Positions 8,868 to 18,777 of a stretch of DNA of 64,000 nt are shown piece after piece. The first letter of the stretch is position 1. Each line of letters begins with the position of its first letter. Below the pieces are notes generated by a model, which was not told where the DNA came from, did not search any database, and saw nothing but the letters and a program-made list of their open reading frames with translations. Position numbers and translations under genes: made by a program. Source of the stretch: an uncultured Candidatus Saccharibacteria bacterium (lineage in GTDB: Bacteria > Patescibacteriota > Minisyncoccia > Portnoybacterales > UBA2143); assembly GCA_964629675.1 (NCBI GenBank), contig CAZVUG010000005.1, positions 5,806 to 69,805 of the forward strand. The letters are read 5' to 3'.

Positions 8868-9449
8868 ATGCTTTCTCTCAAACAAAAATTTTTTATCTAT
8901 TTAGGAATTGCTTTAATTATTTTTTCGCTAGCAATTAGCTTAGGCATTCTTCCTTTAATTTATCAAGTCAAAGAAAGCTCTCAAAAATATTTAGCTAATC
9001 AGCAAGATTTAATGAGGTTAGATTTAAAAGAGTCTTTATATAAGGATATTTATAAAAGTTACAAGGAAACGGAAAAAGATATTCTAAAAGCCGAAAGCGC
9101 TTTCTTAAATTTTCAAGAAACAGTTGGTTTTATTTCTACTTTAGAAAAAGTAGCTGAAGAGACTGGTAATTTTTTTGAAATTAAATCAGCTGTGCCAGCT
9201 AATTCTTCTTCTCAAGAAAGATATCTCTATCTGAATATTTTTGTTCAAGGCAGTTTTGAAAGCTTGCTCCAGTTTATTGCCTATGTTGAAGACAGCCCTT
9301 ATCCTCCTTACCGATTAATAGAAATAGAAGAAATTTCAATAGAGAAAAATTCACCTCAATTTCAAGAAGCAACAGAAAAATCGCCAGAAGCTGACTTGGC
9401 AAAAAATAATTTGAGGACTAATTTAGGCGTAAAAGTTTATTTACAATAA
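8868..9449 (+). CDS. pilO: PilO-like bitopic membrane protein
   Basis: 193 aa. One N-terminal TM helix followed by coiled-coil, sitting immediately after pilN. Assigned by position and topology only. Confidence 0.5.
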   Translation: MLSLKQKFFIYLGIALIIFSLAISLGILPLIYQVKESSQKYLANQQDLMRLDLKESLYKDIYKSYKETEKDILKAESAFLNFQETVGFISTLEKVAEETGNFFEIKSAVPANSSSQERYLYLNIFVQGSFESLLQFIAYVEDSPYPPYRLIEIEEISIEKNSPQFQEATEKSPEADLAKNNLRTNLGVKVYLQ

Positions 9450-9454
9450 ATTAA

Positions 9455-9733
9455 ATGGCTATTAAAAAAATCTCAATTGAAAAAATAAATTCTATTTTAG
9501 AGAAATGCTATCATTGGATTGTTGGTCTCATTTTGTTATTGCTTTTTTTAGTCAGCTTATTTATTTATTACCAAAATATTTATCTGGTTGTCCACAAAGA
9601 AATAGAAGTTAATATTGATAAGTCAGCTATTAATCAAGAAACATTGAGCCAAGTTTTATCTAATATAAAGGAAAGACAGGACAGGCTAGTGGAAATCAAG
9701 GAGAACCATTATCGCAATCCCTTTAATGAATAA
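9455..9733 (+). CDS. Small bitopic membrane protein (possible PilP-position analogue)
   Basis: 92 aa with one TM helix, 5 nt after pilO. No recognisable motif. Confidence 0.35.
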   Translation: MAIKKISIEKINSILEKCYHWIVGLILLLLFLVSLFIYYQNIYLVVHKEIEVNIDKSAINQETLSQVLSNIKERQDRLVEIKENHYRNPFNE

Positions 9734-9772
9734 CAATTGACTTTTTAGATTTGTCAGTTACAATTTAATTAA

Positions 9773-9845
9773 GCGCCTGTAGCTCAGCGGATAGAGCAAT
9801 GGGTTTCTAACCCATTGGTCGTAGGTTCGACTCCTACCAGGCGTG
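9773..9845 (+). tRNA. tRNA-Arg (anticodon TCT)
   Basis: GCGCCTG acceptor with a G1:U72 wobble, D-arm TAGCTCAGCGGATAGAGCA, anticodon stem ATGGG/CCCAT with loop TTTCTAA, T-arm GTAGG-TTCGACT-CCTAC. Confidence 0.85.
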
Positions 9846-9870
9846 CTCTAATAAATAAAAGAAATTCATT

Positions 9871-10722
9871 ATGTTAGATTCACTGCAAAATTTTACTAAT
9901 AGTTTAATTCCTTGGTTTGTCTCTCAGGGATTAAGAATAGCTATTATCCTAATAGCTGCTTATTTAGTCCAGAAATTTGGCAATAAATTTGTCGAAAAAA
10001 TTGTCCGCAAAACAGTTATCAGCGATCATTTTTTAACTAAAGAAGCAGAGAAAAAGAGAGAAGATACTTTAATCAGAGTTTTTGCCGGAGCTTTAAAAGT
10101 AATTGTCTGGCTGGTTGTTATTTTTATCATACTTTCTGAACTAGGTATTGACATTGCTCCTCTCTTGGCTGGCGCTGGTATTGCCGGGGTAGCTTTAGGC
10201 TTTGGCGCCCAGTATGTTGTGCGAAATTTCTTAGCTGGTTTATTCCTTATTCTAGAAAATCAGTACCGAGTTGGCGATGTCGTCTGTTTAGATGATACTT
10301 GCGGATCAGTCGAAGATATTACTTTGCGAAGGACTATCTTGCGCGATCTAGATGGGACAGTTCATAATGTTCCTAACGGCGAAATTAAAAGATCATCTAA
10401 TCTTTCGAAAGATTTTTCGCGGGTGAATTTAAATATCGGTGTTTCTTACAGCGCTAATTTAGAAAAAGTTATTGAAACAGTTAACCAGGTTGGCCGGGAA
10501 TTAGCTGAAGATTCTTTTTGGAAAGATGCTATTAAATCTGCGCCGCAATTTTTAAGAGTAAATGATTTTGCTGATTCAGCAGTTATTATTAAAATTTTAG
10601 GAGAGACTCAACCATTAAAACAATGGGACGTCCTAGGTGAATTAAGAAAAAGAATAAAAGTTGCTTTTGATAGAGAAGGAATTGAAATACCTTTTAATCA
10701 AATAGTAGTGCATCAAAAATAA
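9871..10722 (+). CDS. mscS: Small-conductance mechanosensitive channel (MscS family)
   Basis: 283 aa with N-terminal TM helices and the MscS core YRVGDVV...ITLRRTILRDLDGTVHNVPNGEI. Confidence 0.85.
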   Translation: MLDSLQNFTNSLIPWFVSQGLRIAIILIAAYLVQKFGNKFVEKIVRKTVISDHFLTKEAEKKREDTLIRVFAGALKVIVWLVVIFIILSELGIDIAPLLAGAGIAGVALGFGAQYVVRNFLAGLFLILENQYRVGDVVCLDDTCGSVEDITLRRTILRDLDGTVHNVPNGEIKRSSNLSKDFSRVNLNIGVSYSANLEKVIETVNQVGRELAEDSFWKDAIKSAPQFLRVNDFADSAVIIKILGETQPLKQWDVLGELRKRIKVAFDREGIEIPFNQIVVHQK

Positions 10723-10785
10723 AGATTTGACATTATAAATATAATCTGCTATTTTTGAGTTGGATTATTTTTTTATCTTAAGAAA

Positions 10786-11239
10786 TATGCCTACCATTAA
10801 TCAATTAATAAAAAAATCAAGAAAAACAGCTAAGAAGAAACCAAAAACTCCAGCTTTGCGGAGAACTTTTAATTTACTAAAAAACAAACCAGGACAGTCG
10901 CCTTCTCCTTTTAAAAGGGGAGTTTGCGTTAGGGTTTACACAACTACTCCGAAAAAGCCTAATTCAGCTTTGAGAAAAGTAGCTAGGGTTAGGCTAACAA
11001 ATGGCCGAGAAGTAACTGCTTATATCCCCGGGCAAGGTCATAATATCCAAGAGCACTCAGTAGTTTTAATTAGGGGTGGCCGAGTCAAAGACTTGCCAGG
11101 AGTGCGTTATCACGTTATCAGAGGAGTTTTGGATTCTGAAGGCGTTGAGGGGCGCAAGCAAAGTCGAAGCCTTTATGGCACTAAAAAATCTAAAGAAGGA
11201 GGAGCTCCTAGCAGCAAATCTGCCGAAGAGTCAGCCTAA
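10786..11239 (+). CDS. rpsL: 30S ribosomal protein S12 (with a ~15-aa C-terminal extension)
   Basis: [13 protein letters not shown]...[19 protein letters not shown]...[17 protein letters not shown]. Start set at ATG 10786. Promoter-like TTGACA at 10726. Confidence 0.95.
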
Positions 11240-11258
11240 TTAATTTTGCCTTAATAAT

Positions 11259-11729
11259 ATGAGAAGAAAAACTAAAGTCAAAAGAGAAATTATCCCAGAT
11301 CCTAGATACGATGATATTCTAGTCGCTAAATTTATCAATCATTTGATGAAAGACGGCAAGAAAGCTGTTGCTCAAAAAGTTTTTTATAATGCTTTTGCCA
11401 TAATAAAAAAATCTAACAAAGAAGAAGATCCTTTGGAATTATTCGACAAAGCAATTAATAATGTTTCTCCTTTCGTTGAAGTTAAGTCTAGAAGAATAGG
11501 CGGAGCTCATTATCAGGTGCCTCGCGAAGTAAAAGGCGAAAGGAAAATTACCTTAGCTATCCGCTGGATTATTCAAGTTTGCCGGAATAAAAAAGGAAAG
11601 CCGATGTCCCAGAAATTAGCAGATGAATTTATTCAAGCTTCTCAGGGAGCTGGCGAAGCAATTAAAAAGAAAGAAGATATGCACCGAATGGCCGAAGCTA
11701 ATAAAGCTTTTGCCCATTTTTCTTGGTAG
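11259..11729 (+). CDS. rpsG: 30S ribosomal protein S7
   Basis: 156 aa; PDPRY...VEVKSRRIGGAHYQVP. Confidence 0.95.
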   Translation: MRRKTKVKREIIPDPRYDDILVAKFINHLMKDGKKAVAQKVFYNAFAIIKKSNKEEDPLELFDKAINNVSPFVEVKSRRIGGAHYQVPREVKGERKITLAIRWIIQVCRNKKGKPMSQKLADEFIQASQGAGEAIKKKEDMHRMAEANKAFAHFSW

Positions 11730-11735
11730 ATAAAA

Positions 11736-13847
11736 ATGAGATATCCTATTGAAAAAACAAGAGATATTGGCATCATTGCGCATATTGATGCTGGAAAAAC
11801 AACCGTTACTGAGCGAGTTCTTTTTTATACGGGAATTTCTCACCGTATTGGAGAAGTTCACGAAGGCGAAGCGATCATGGATTGGATGGAACAAGAAAGA
11901 GAGAGAGGTATTACAATAACTTCAGCGGCAACGACTTGCTTTTGGACGCCTCGGGAATATTTATCTAAAGAACCGGGCAAATTTTGTATTAATATTATTG
12001 ATACGCCTGGCCATATAGATTTTACCGTAGAAGTCCAGCGTTCTTTAAGAGTCCTTGACGGAGCAGTTATTGTTTTTGACGGCGTTGCCGGAGTAGAATC
12101 TCAATCAGAAACAGTTTGGCGCCAGGCGGATAAATTTGACGTACCCCGCATTTGTTTTATTAATAAATTAGATAGAATGGGGGCAAATTTTGAAAGGAGC
12201 TTAGAATCAATTTGGCAAAGGCTTACGCCAAGAGCAGTTGCTGTTGAAATACCTATTGGCTTGGAGGAAAATCATCAAGGAGTTATTGATCTGATCAAAA
12301 TGAAAGCTCATAAATTTATAGGTGATTATGGGGAAAAAGTAACTGCTGAAGAAATTCCGCAAGAGTTAAAAGAAAAAGCAGAAGAATACAGAGCTAAATT
12401 AGTGGAATCGATTGTTGAGCAGGATGAAAAATTAACAGAAGATTATTTAAATGGCCAAGAAATATCAGAAGATGATTTAAGAAGAGTTCTCCGTCAGGCA
12501 ACCATTGATTATCAGCTAGTGCCAGTTTTTTGCGGTTCGGCCTTGAAAAACAAAGGGGTCCAGCTTTTATTGGATGGAGTCATTGATTATTTACCTAACC
12601 CGACTGAAAGGCCGGCTGTTGAAGGCTTTTCCACTAATGATGATACACAGAGAATAACCAGAGAAATTAAAGATGAAGCTCCATTAGCCGCCTTGGTTTT
12701 TAAAATTGCTAATGATCCTTTTGTTGGCCAATTGGCTTACATTAGAGTTTATTCAGGAGTTTTGGAAAGCGGCAGCTATGTTTTAAATTCTAGCACTGGC
12801 AAAAAAGAAAGAGTTGGCCGCATTTTAAAAATGCATTCTAACAAAAGAGAAGAAGTTAAAGAAGTCTATGCTGGTGAAATTGCCGCAGTTGTTGGTCCAA
12901 AAAATACGACTACTGGCGATACTATTACTGATGTTAACCACCCAATTATTTTAGAAAAAATTACTTTCCCAGAACCGGTTATCTCTATTGCAATTGAGCC
13001 TAAAAGCAAGGCTGATCAAGAAAAAATGTCTTTAGCTTTAGGTAAATTGGCTGAAGAGGATCCGACTTTTCAAGTTAGAAGTGATATTGACAGCGGCCAA
13101 ACTATTATTGCTGGAATGGGAGAACTTCATTTAGAAGTTATTGTTGACCGGCTTTTGCGTGAATTTAAAGTTGGCGCAAGTATTGGCCAGCCTCAGGTAA
13201 GTTACAAAGAGACGATCAAGAAAGAAAATAAAGCAGAAGGCAAATATATTAGGCAATCAGGCGGCCGCGGCCAATATGGCCATGTCCTTATTAAAATTGA
13301 GCCTCTAGAACAAGGCCAAGGATTTGAATTTGTTAATGAAATTAAAGGAGGCGTTATTCCGCAAGAATTTATCCCAGCTGTAGAAAAAGGAATTAAAGAA
13401 GCAATGAATAAAGGGGTTATTGCCGGATATCCTGTTGTTGACCTTAAAGTAACTCTTTACGATGGCACTTATCATGAGGTGGACTCCTCGGAAATGTCTT
13501 TTAAAATTGCCGGTTCAATAGCTTTGCAAGAAGCCGCTAAAGGAGCGGACCCGATTATTCTAGAACCAATTATGAAATTAGAAGTTGTTACGCCAGAAGA
13601 ATTTATGGGAGATGTTATTGGCGATTTGAGCTCAAAAAGAGGCAAAATCGAGAAAATGGAAGATCGGGGCGAAGGTGTTGCCCAAGTGAAAATAATTAAG
13701 GGCTGGTCTCCATTATCAACTATGTTTGGCTATGCGACGCAGCTTCGTTCAATAACTCAAGGTCGAGCTAGTTTTACAATGGAATTTGACCATTATGCAG
13801 AAGTGCCTAAAAATATAGCGGAAAGCATCATTGAGGGTAATAAATAA
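11736..13847 (+). CDS. fusA: Elongation factor G
   Basis: 703 aa; [22 protein letters not shown]-motifs plus domains II-V. Confidence 0.95.
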   Translation: MRYPIEKTRDIGIIAHIDAGKTTVTERVLFYTGISHRIGEVHEGEAIMDWMEQERERGITITSAATTCFWTPREYLSKEPGKFCINIIDTPGHIDFTVEVQRSLRVLDGAVIVFDGVAGVESQSETVWRQADKFDVPRICFINKLDRMGANFERSLESIWQRLTPRAVAVEIPIGLEENHQGVIDLIKMKAHKFIGDYGEKVTAEEIPQELKEKAEEYRAKLVESIVEQDEKLTEDYLNGQEISEDDLRRVLRQATIDYQLVPVFCGSALKNKGVQLLLDGVIDYLPNPTERPAVEGFSTNDDTQRITREIKDEAPLAALVFKIANDPFVGQLAYIRVYSGVLESGSYVLNSSTGKKERVGRILKMHSNKREEVKEVYAGEIAAVVGPKNTTTGDTITDVNHPIILEKITFPEPVISIAIEPKSKADQEKMSLALGKLAEEDPTFQVRSDIDSGQTIIAGMGELHLEVIVDRLLREFKVGASIGQPQVSYKETIKKENKAEGKYIRQSGGRGQYGHVLIKIEPLEQGQGFEFVNEIKGGVIPQEFIPAVEKGIKEAMNKGVIAGYPVVDLKVTLYDGTYHEVDSSEMSFKIAGSIALQEAAKGADPIILEPIMKLEVVTPEEFMGDVIGDLSSKRGKIEKMEDRGEGVAQVKIIKGWSPLSTMFGYATQLRSITQGRASFTMEFDHYAEVPKNIAESIIEGNK

Positions 13848-13861
13848 ATAAATTTAATATT

Positions 13862-14113
13862 ATGTGGGATAAAATTAAAAAGCTATTGCAAAAAGAAGGA
13901 GGTAAGTGTATTATAATAGAAAAAGGCGAACCTACTTATTTAGTCCAAAAGTTGGATGATGATAATGAATTTTCTTCTGCAAAAAGAGAAGTTTCTGATT
14001 GGGAAAAAATTAATAAAAACGTTGAGGAATTAACTGCCGAAGAAGAAGAAAAAGAACAGGAAAATTTAAATACAGAACAAAACAATATTAAAATAGAAGA
14101 TTTGCCTTTCTAA
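13862..14113 (+). CDS. Hypothetical acidic 83-aa protein inserted between fusA and tuf
   Basis: Intact ORF (MWDKIKKLLQKEGGKCIIIEKGEPTYLVQKLDDDNEF...EEEEKEQENL...) with no motif I recognise and no strong SD. Confidence 0.3.
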   Translation: MWDKIKKLLQKEGGKCIIIEKGEPTYLVQKLDDDNEFSSAKREVSDWEKINKNVEELTAEEEEKEQENLNTEQNNIKIEDLPF

Positions 14114-14119
14114 TAATTA

Positions 14120-14154
14120 TTGACATAAATATTTTTTATTGGTAAATTAAATTA
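14120..14154 (+). promoter_or_regulatory. Sigma70-like promoter candidate for tuf (TTGACA - 17 nt - TAAATT)
   Basis: TTGACA at 14120-14125 and TAAATT 17 nt downstream, inside the 125-nt AT-rich spacer before tuf. Confidence 0.35.
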
Positions 14155-14238
14155 AAGATTTTGTAACTTATAATTTGTAACCTGTATTATTAAATTTTGC
14201 ATGTTGCATGTTATGCGTTATAAATTAAATTAATAAAT

Positions 14239-15438
14239 ATGGCAGAAAAATTCGAAAGAAATAAACCACATCTTAACGTAGGCACTATCGGTCATGTTGA
14301 CCATGGCAAAACTACTTTAACAGCAGCTATTCTTAAATGTCTCCAAGGAGCTGGTTTTGTTGCCCAAAAGAAAGACGTCTCTGATATTGATAATGCTCCA
14401 GAAGAAAAAGCTAGAGGGCTGACAATAGCTGTTGCTCATGTTGAATACGAGACCGAAAATCGCCATTATGCCCATATTGATTGTCCAGGCCATGCTGACT
14501 ATATTAAAAACATGATTACTGGAGCAGCTCAAATGGATGGAGCTATTTTGGTAGTTTCTGCTTCAGATGGTCCAATGCCGCAAACGCGAGAGCACATTCT
14601 TTTGGCTCGCCAAGTTGGCTTGCCAGCCTTAATTGTCTTTTTAAATAAAGTAGATCAAGTTGATGATCCAGAATTAATTGATCTAGTAGAACAAGAAGTT
14701 AGGGAACTTTTGAATAAATATGAATTTGATGGTGACAATGCTACTATTATCCGCGGATCAGCTCTGCAAGCTCTTGAGTGTGGCTGCGGCAAGGAAGATT
14801 GCCCAAAATGCGGACCAATAAGATCTTTGGTTAAAGCATTAGATGAAAAAATTCCTGAGCCTACTCGAAAAATAGACGAACCTTTCTTATTGCCAATTGA
14901 AGACGTTTTTTCAATTGAAGGAAGAGGAACTGTTGCTACTGGCAGAATTGAAAGAGGTAAAATTAAACTAAACGAAGAAGTAGAAATAATTGGCTTAAAA
15001 GATACTCAAAAAACAGTAGTTACTGGTATTGAAATGTTTAATAAATCTCTAGATGAAGGTCAGGCAGGAGACAATGCAGGAATTTTGCTTCGCGGTATTA
15101 AGAAAGAGGATGTTGATCGAGGCCAAATTTTAGCAGCTCCTGGAAGCATTACACCGCATCAAGAATTCGAAGGAGAAGTATATATATTAAGTAAAGAAGA
15201 AGGTGGACGTCATACTCCATTTTTCTCCGGCTATAAGCCACAGTTTTATATCAGAACTACTGATGTCACTGGTGAAGTTACTTTGCCTGAAGGCACCGAA
15301 ATGGTTATGCCTGGTGATACAGTAAATTTGAAAGTTAAATTGATGGCTCCCGTAGCTTTAGAAGAAAAGCAGCGTTTTGCTCTCCGCGAAGGAGGTAAGA
15401 CAGTTGGTGCAGGAGTAGTGACCAAAATAGAAAAGTAA
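14239..15438 (+). CDS. tuf: Elongation factor Tu, carrying a Cys4 insertion ([14 protein letters not shown]) in domain I
   Basis: 399 aa; [28 protein letters not shown]....IPEP. The Cys codons sit at 14779-14811. Confidence 0.95.
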   Translation: MAEKFERNKPHLNVGTIGHVDHGKTTLTAAILKCLQGAGFVAQKKDVSDIDNAPEEKARGLTIAVAHVEYETENRHYAHIDCPGHADYIKNMITGAAQMDGAILVVSASDGPMPQTREHILLARQVGLPALIVFLNKVDQVDDPELIDLVEQEVRELLNKYEFDGDNATIIRGSALQALECGCGKEDCPKCGPIRSLVKALDEKIPEPTRKIDEPFLLPIEDVFSIEGRGTVATGRIERGKIKLNEEVEIIGLKDTQKTVVTGIEMFNKSLDEGQAGDNAGILLRGIKKEDVDRGQILAAPGSITPHQEFEGEVYILSKEEGGRHTPFFSGYKPQFYIRTTDVTGEVTLPEGTEMVMPGDTVNLKVKLMAPVALEEKQRFALREGGKTVGAGVVTKIEK

Positions 15439-15439
15439 G

Positions 15440-15772
15440 ATGTCATCTAACAAAAAAGAAGAGTCTAAACAGAAAATTAGAATTAAGGTTCAAGCCTACG
15501 ATCATAAATTGATTGACCAATCAGTCAAGCAAATTGTTGAGGCAGTTGAGAGATTCGAAGTAGAGATTCATGGACCTGTTCCTTTGCCTACCGAGATTCA
15601 TAAATATACGGTTAATCGTTCTAGCTTTGTCCATAAAACTTCAAGGGAACAATATGAAGTAAGGGTTCATAAAAGATTGATTGATATTATTGATCCAAAT
15701 TCTAAAGTAATTGATGCTTTGATGGGGTTGAACCTTCCGGCGGGAGTAGATATTGAAATAAAGACAATCTAA
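15440..15772 (+). CDS. rpsJ: 30S ribosomal protein S10
   Basis: 110 aa; [16 protein letters not shown]... Confidence 0.95.
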   Translation: MSSNKKEESKQKIRIKVQAYDHKLIDQSVKQIVEAVERFEVEIHGPVPLPTEIHKYTVNRSSFVHKTSREQYEVRVHKRLIDIIDPNSKVIDALMGLNLPAGVDIEIKTI

Positions 15773-15822
15773 TCCGTAAACTAATTAAAGTTTGCGAAGA
15801 TATAATTATTTGTTTATTCTAT

Positions 15823-15903
15823 ATGAGAAAATGTCTCTTTAGAAGAGAGTGAAGAAAATAGTGAAGGGATTTAGTCATCAGACCGGGACTATCCCCGGTT
15901 TTT
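15823..15903 (+). promoter_or_regulatory. Candidate leader/attenuator between rpsJ and rplC: 9-codon uORF (MRKCLFRRE), then ACCGGG-actatc-CCCGGT hairpin + TTTTT
   Basis: ATG at 15823 and TGA at 15850-15852. A 6-bp GC-rich stem at 15882-15899 is followed by T5 ending 6 nt before the rplC ATG. rplC has no visible SD. Confidence 0.4.
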
Positions 15904-15909
15904 GCTTAT

Positions 15910-16548
15910 ATGAAGTTTATTCTAGGAAAAAAAATAGGAATGAGTCAGATTTTTAAAGAAAACGGAAGCGTAGTCCCAGCTACTTTAGTTGAGGCTGGGC
16001 CATGCAAGGTAACTCAAATCAAAACATTGGCAAAAGACGGTTATCAAGCAACTCAAATTGGCTTTATGGAATTAAAAAAGAAAAAAGGGAATAAACAATT
16101 CCGTTATCTCAGAGAATTTCCGCTAACAAATTTAAAAGTAGGGGAAGAAATTAAAGCTTCCTGTTTTAATTTAGGAGAAACAATTAGAGTGTCAGGTATT
16201 TCTAAAGCAAAAGGGTTTCAAGGAGGAGTTAAAAGACATGGTTTTTCTGGTTTTCCTGCTTCTCATGGAACTAAGCATGGATTAAGAGCTCCTGGATCTA
16301 TTGGTTCAGCATTTCCCGAAAGAGTTTGGAAAGGCAGAAAAATGGCTGGTAGAATGGGCGGCCAAAGAATAACTGTCAAAGGCTTGGAAATAGCCCAAAT
16401 TGATGAAGAAAATAATTTATTAGCTATTAGAGGTGCTGTTCCTGGCAGAGAAGGAACTTTAATAGAAATTATAGCCACTCGCGAAATTGAAAAAGCAGAA
16501 ACAGCAACAGAAACAGAAACAGAAACAAAAGAGGAACAAAAAGATTAA
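15910..16548 (+). CDS. rplC: 50S ribosomal protein L3 (with a C-terminal TETETE acidic repeat tail)
   Basis: MKFILGKKIGMSQIF...; the C-terminus ends EKAETATETETETKEEQKD. Confidence 0.95.
   Translation: MKFILGKKIGMSQIFKENGSVVPATLVEAGPCKVTQIKTLAKDGYQATQIGFMELKKKKGNKQFRYLREFPLTNLKVGEEIKASCFNLGETIRVSGISKAKGFQGGVKRHGFSGFPASHGTKHGLRAPGSIGSAFPERVWKGRKMAGRMGGQRITVKGLEIAQIDEENNLLAIRGAVPGREGTLIEIIATREIEKAETATETETETKEEQKD
16497..16526 (+). repeat. Short tandem hexamer repeat (GAAACA)n encoding the L3 acidic tail
   Basis: gaaacagcaacagaaacagaaacagaaaca, read directly. Confidence 0.6.
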
Positions 16549-16550
16549 AT

Positions 16551-17195
16551 ATGAAGATAATTTTACACAATCAAAACGGAGAGGAAATTGGCAAGGTAGA
16601 ATTACCCAAAGATTTTTTTGAAGTAGAAATGAATCCGGACTTAGTTCATCAAGTAATAGTTGCTCAAAATGCCAACGCCAGAAAGGTTTTAGCTCATACT
16701 AAAGACAGAGGAGAAGTAAGCGGTGGTGGAAAAAAACCTTGGCGGCAAAAAGGAACTGGCCGTGCTAGACATGGGTCTATTCGCTCGCCTATCTGGAAAG
16801 GCGGTGGGGTTTGTTTCGGCCCAACTAAAGAAAGAGTTTTCAGCAAGAAAATTAATAAAAAAATGAAGCAAAAAGCATTAATGATGGGATTGTCTTCTAA
16901 AGTTAAAGATAAAGAAATAGTTTTATTAGACAGAATAGAATTAACTCAGCCTAAAACTAAAATAGTTTTCGAGATTATTAAAAATTTAGGAAATAAGCTG
17001 GAGAAAAAGTTAACCAAAGGATCTTTGATTGTTCTTCCCGAGACAGACCAAAATATTATTAGATCTACAAGAAATATTCCTAAGATGAAAATAATCAGAG
17101 CTGACAGCTTAAATACATTAGATATTCTTTCATATAAATATCTAATAATTATTAAAGAAAGCATTAAGGTTATGCAGAAAACATACCTTCATTAA
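16551..17195 (+). CDS. rplD: 50S ribosomal protein L4
   Basis: 214 aa; ...SGGGKKPWRQKGTGRARHGSIRSPIWKGGG. Confidence 0.95.
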   Translation: MKIILHNQNGEEIGKVELPKDFFEVEMNPDLVHQVIVAQNANARKVLAHTKDRGEVSGGGKKPWRQKGTGRARHGSIRSPIWKGGGVCFGPTKERVFSKKINKKMKQKALMMGLSSKVKDKEIVLLDRIELTQPKTKIVFEIIKNLGNKLEKKLTKGSLIVLPETDQNIIRSTRNIPKMKIIRADSLNTLDILSYKYLIIIKESIKVMQKTYLH

Positions 17196-17204
17196 GATTA
17201 AATC

Positions 17205-17618
17205 ATGTCTTTATTTAAAAAAAATAAAAAAGAAGAGAAAAAAACAGAAGAAGTATCTGAAGAAAAGCAAAAAACAGTTGAGCCAGAAAGAAGAATAAAA
17301 AAGCAAACGCCAAAAAAAGCGTTAGTTGAAGCTTATCAAATTATTAGAGAGCCTCATATTACAGAAAAAGCAACTTATCTAGGAGAAAGAAATAAATATA
17401 TTTTCAAAATTTATCCCAAGGCTAATAAAATTGAGGTGAAAAAAGCTATTGAATCACTTTATCCAGTTAAAGTAGAAAAAGTTAATATTATTCATTCCGC
17501 TCCGAAAAAAAGAAGGTTAGGAAAATTTGATGGCTGGCGCCAAGGTTTAAAAAAAGGATATTGGAAAGCAGTTGTTACTTTAAAAAAAGGAGATAAGATA
17601 GAAATAATACCGGGATAA
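17205..17618 (+). CDS. rplW: 50S ribosomal protein L23 (with a ~37-aa Lys-rich N-terminal extension)
   Basis: Conserved core ...[12 protein letters not shown]....[24 protein letters not shown]. Confidence 0.9.
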   Translation: MSLFKKNKKEEKKTEEVSEEKQKTVEPERRIKKQTPKKALVEAYQIIREPHITEKATYLGERNKYIFKIYPKANKIEVKKAIESLYPVKVEKVNIIHSAPKKRRLGKFDGWRQGLKKGYWKAVVTLKKGDKIEIIPG

Positions 17619-17631
17619 ATATTTTATTAAT

Positions 17632-18471
17632 ATGAAAAAGTATAAACCAACAACTCCAGGTAGAAGAGGAATGACTTCGGTAGATTACTCTGAATTAACT
17701 AGTTCTAAGCCGGAAAAGTCTTTGCTTAAAAAAATATCTAAGCATAGCGGCCGTAATTCCCGAGGGAGAATAACAGTTCGTCATCAAGGCGGCGGGTATA
17801 AAAAAAAGTACCGCTTAATTGATTTCAAGCGAATTGACAAAGCAGGAATTCCAGCTAAAGTAGCTACTATAGAATACGATCCTAATCGTAGCTGTTTTAT
17901 CGCTCTTTTGCATTATCAAGACGGCGAAAAAAGATATATTCTAGCGCCGGCAAAACTTAAAATAGGCAGCCAGGTTATCTGCCAGGAAAAAACTCCTTTA
18001 AAAATCGGCAACCGGATGAAAATAAAGAATATGCCGATTGGCAGCCAGATTTATAACATAGAGCTTTTTCCGAAAAAAGGCGGGCAAGTTGTTCGTTCGG
18101 CTGGCTCTTCAGCTGAAATACTAGCTCAGGAAAGTATTTATACTCATGTTAAATTTCCTTCAAATGAAGTAAGAGCAATTAATAAAGAATGCTGGGCAAG
18201 CTTAGGCGAACTAAGTAATTCTGGTCATAACAGCGTAGTTATCGGCAAAGCGGGCAGAAAGCGCTGGATGGGTATTCGACCAACTGTTCGCGGTTCGGCA
18301 ATGAATCCTTGCGATCATCCTCATGGAGGAGGAGAGAATCGTCAACCAATTGGTTTAAGAAAAGGGCCAAAAACTCCTTGGGGCAAGTTAGCCTACGGAG
18401 TTAAAACCAGAAAAAAGAAAAAAGCAAGCGATAGATTAATTATTAAAAAAAGAAGTAAAAAAAGAAGATAA
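17632..18471 (+). CDS. rplB: 50S ribosomal protein L2
   Basis: 279 aa; ...[16 protein letters not shown]...[13 protein letters not shown]. Confidence 0.95.
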   Translation: MKKYKPTTPGRRGMTSVDYSELTSSKPEKSLLKKISKHSGRNSRGRITVRHQGGGYKKKYRLIDFKRIDKAGIPAKVATIEYDPNRSCFIALLHYQDGEKRYILAPAKLKIGSQVICQEKTPLKIGNRMKIKNMPIGSQIYNIELFPKKGGQVVRSAGSSAEILAQESIYTHVKFPSNEVRAINKECWASLGELSNSGHNSVVIGKAGRKRWMGIRPTVRGSAMNPCDHPHGGGENRQPIGLRKGPKTPWGKLAYGVKTRKKKKASDRLIIKKRSKKRR

Positions 18472-18478
18472 ATAAAAT

Positions 18479-18775
18479 ATGTCTAGGTCACTTAAAAAGG
18501 GTCCTTACGTAGATCCAAAATTACTAAAAAAAATCAGCAAAATGAAAACCGGAGACGCAACGGTTATTAAAACATGGGCCAGAAGTTCTGTTATTACTCC
18601 GGAAATGGTTGGTTTTACTTTTGGTGTTCATAACGGCAAAGAGCATATTCAAGTGTTAGTGGCAGAAGATATGGTCGGACATAAGCTGGGAGAATTTTCT
18701 CCGACAAGGAAGTTTGTAAAACATGGCGGTAAAATGCAAAGAGAGCAAGAAGCAAACCGTCAAAAGAAAGTTTAA
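18479..18775 (+). CDS. rpsS: 30S ribosomal protein S19
   Basis: [12 protein letters not shown]...[10 protein letters not shown]....[15 protein letters not shown]. Confidence 0.95.
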   Translation: MSRSLKKGPYVDPKLLKKISKMKTGDATVIKTWARSSVITPEMVGFTFGVHNGKEHIQVLVAEDMVGHKLGEFSPTRKFVKHGGKMQREQEANRQKKV

Positions 18776-18777
18776 TC

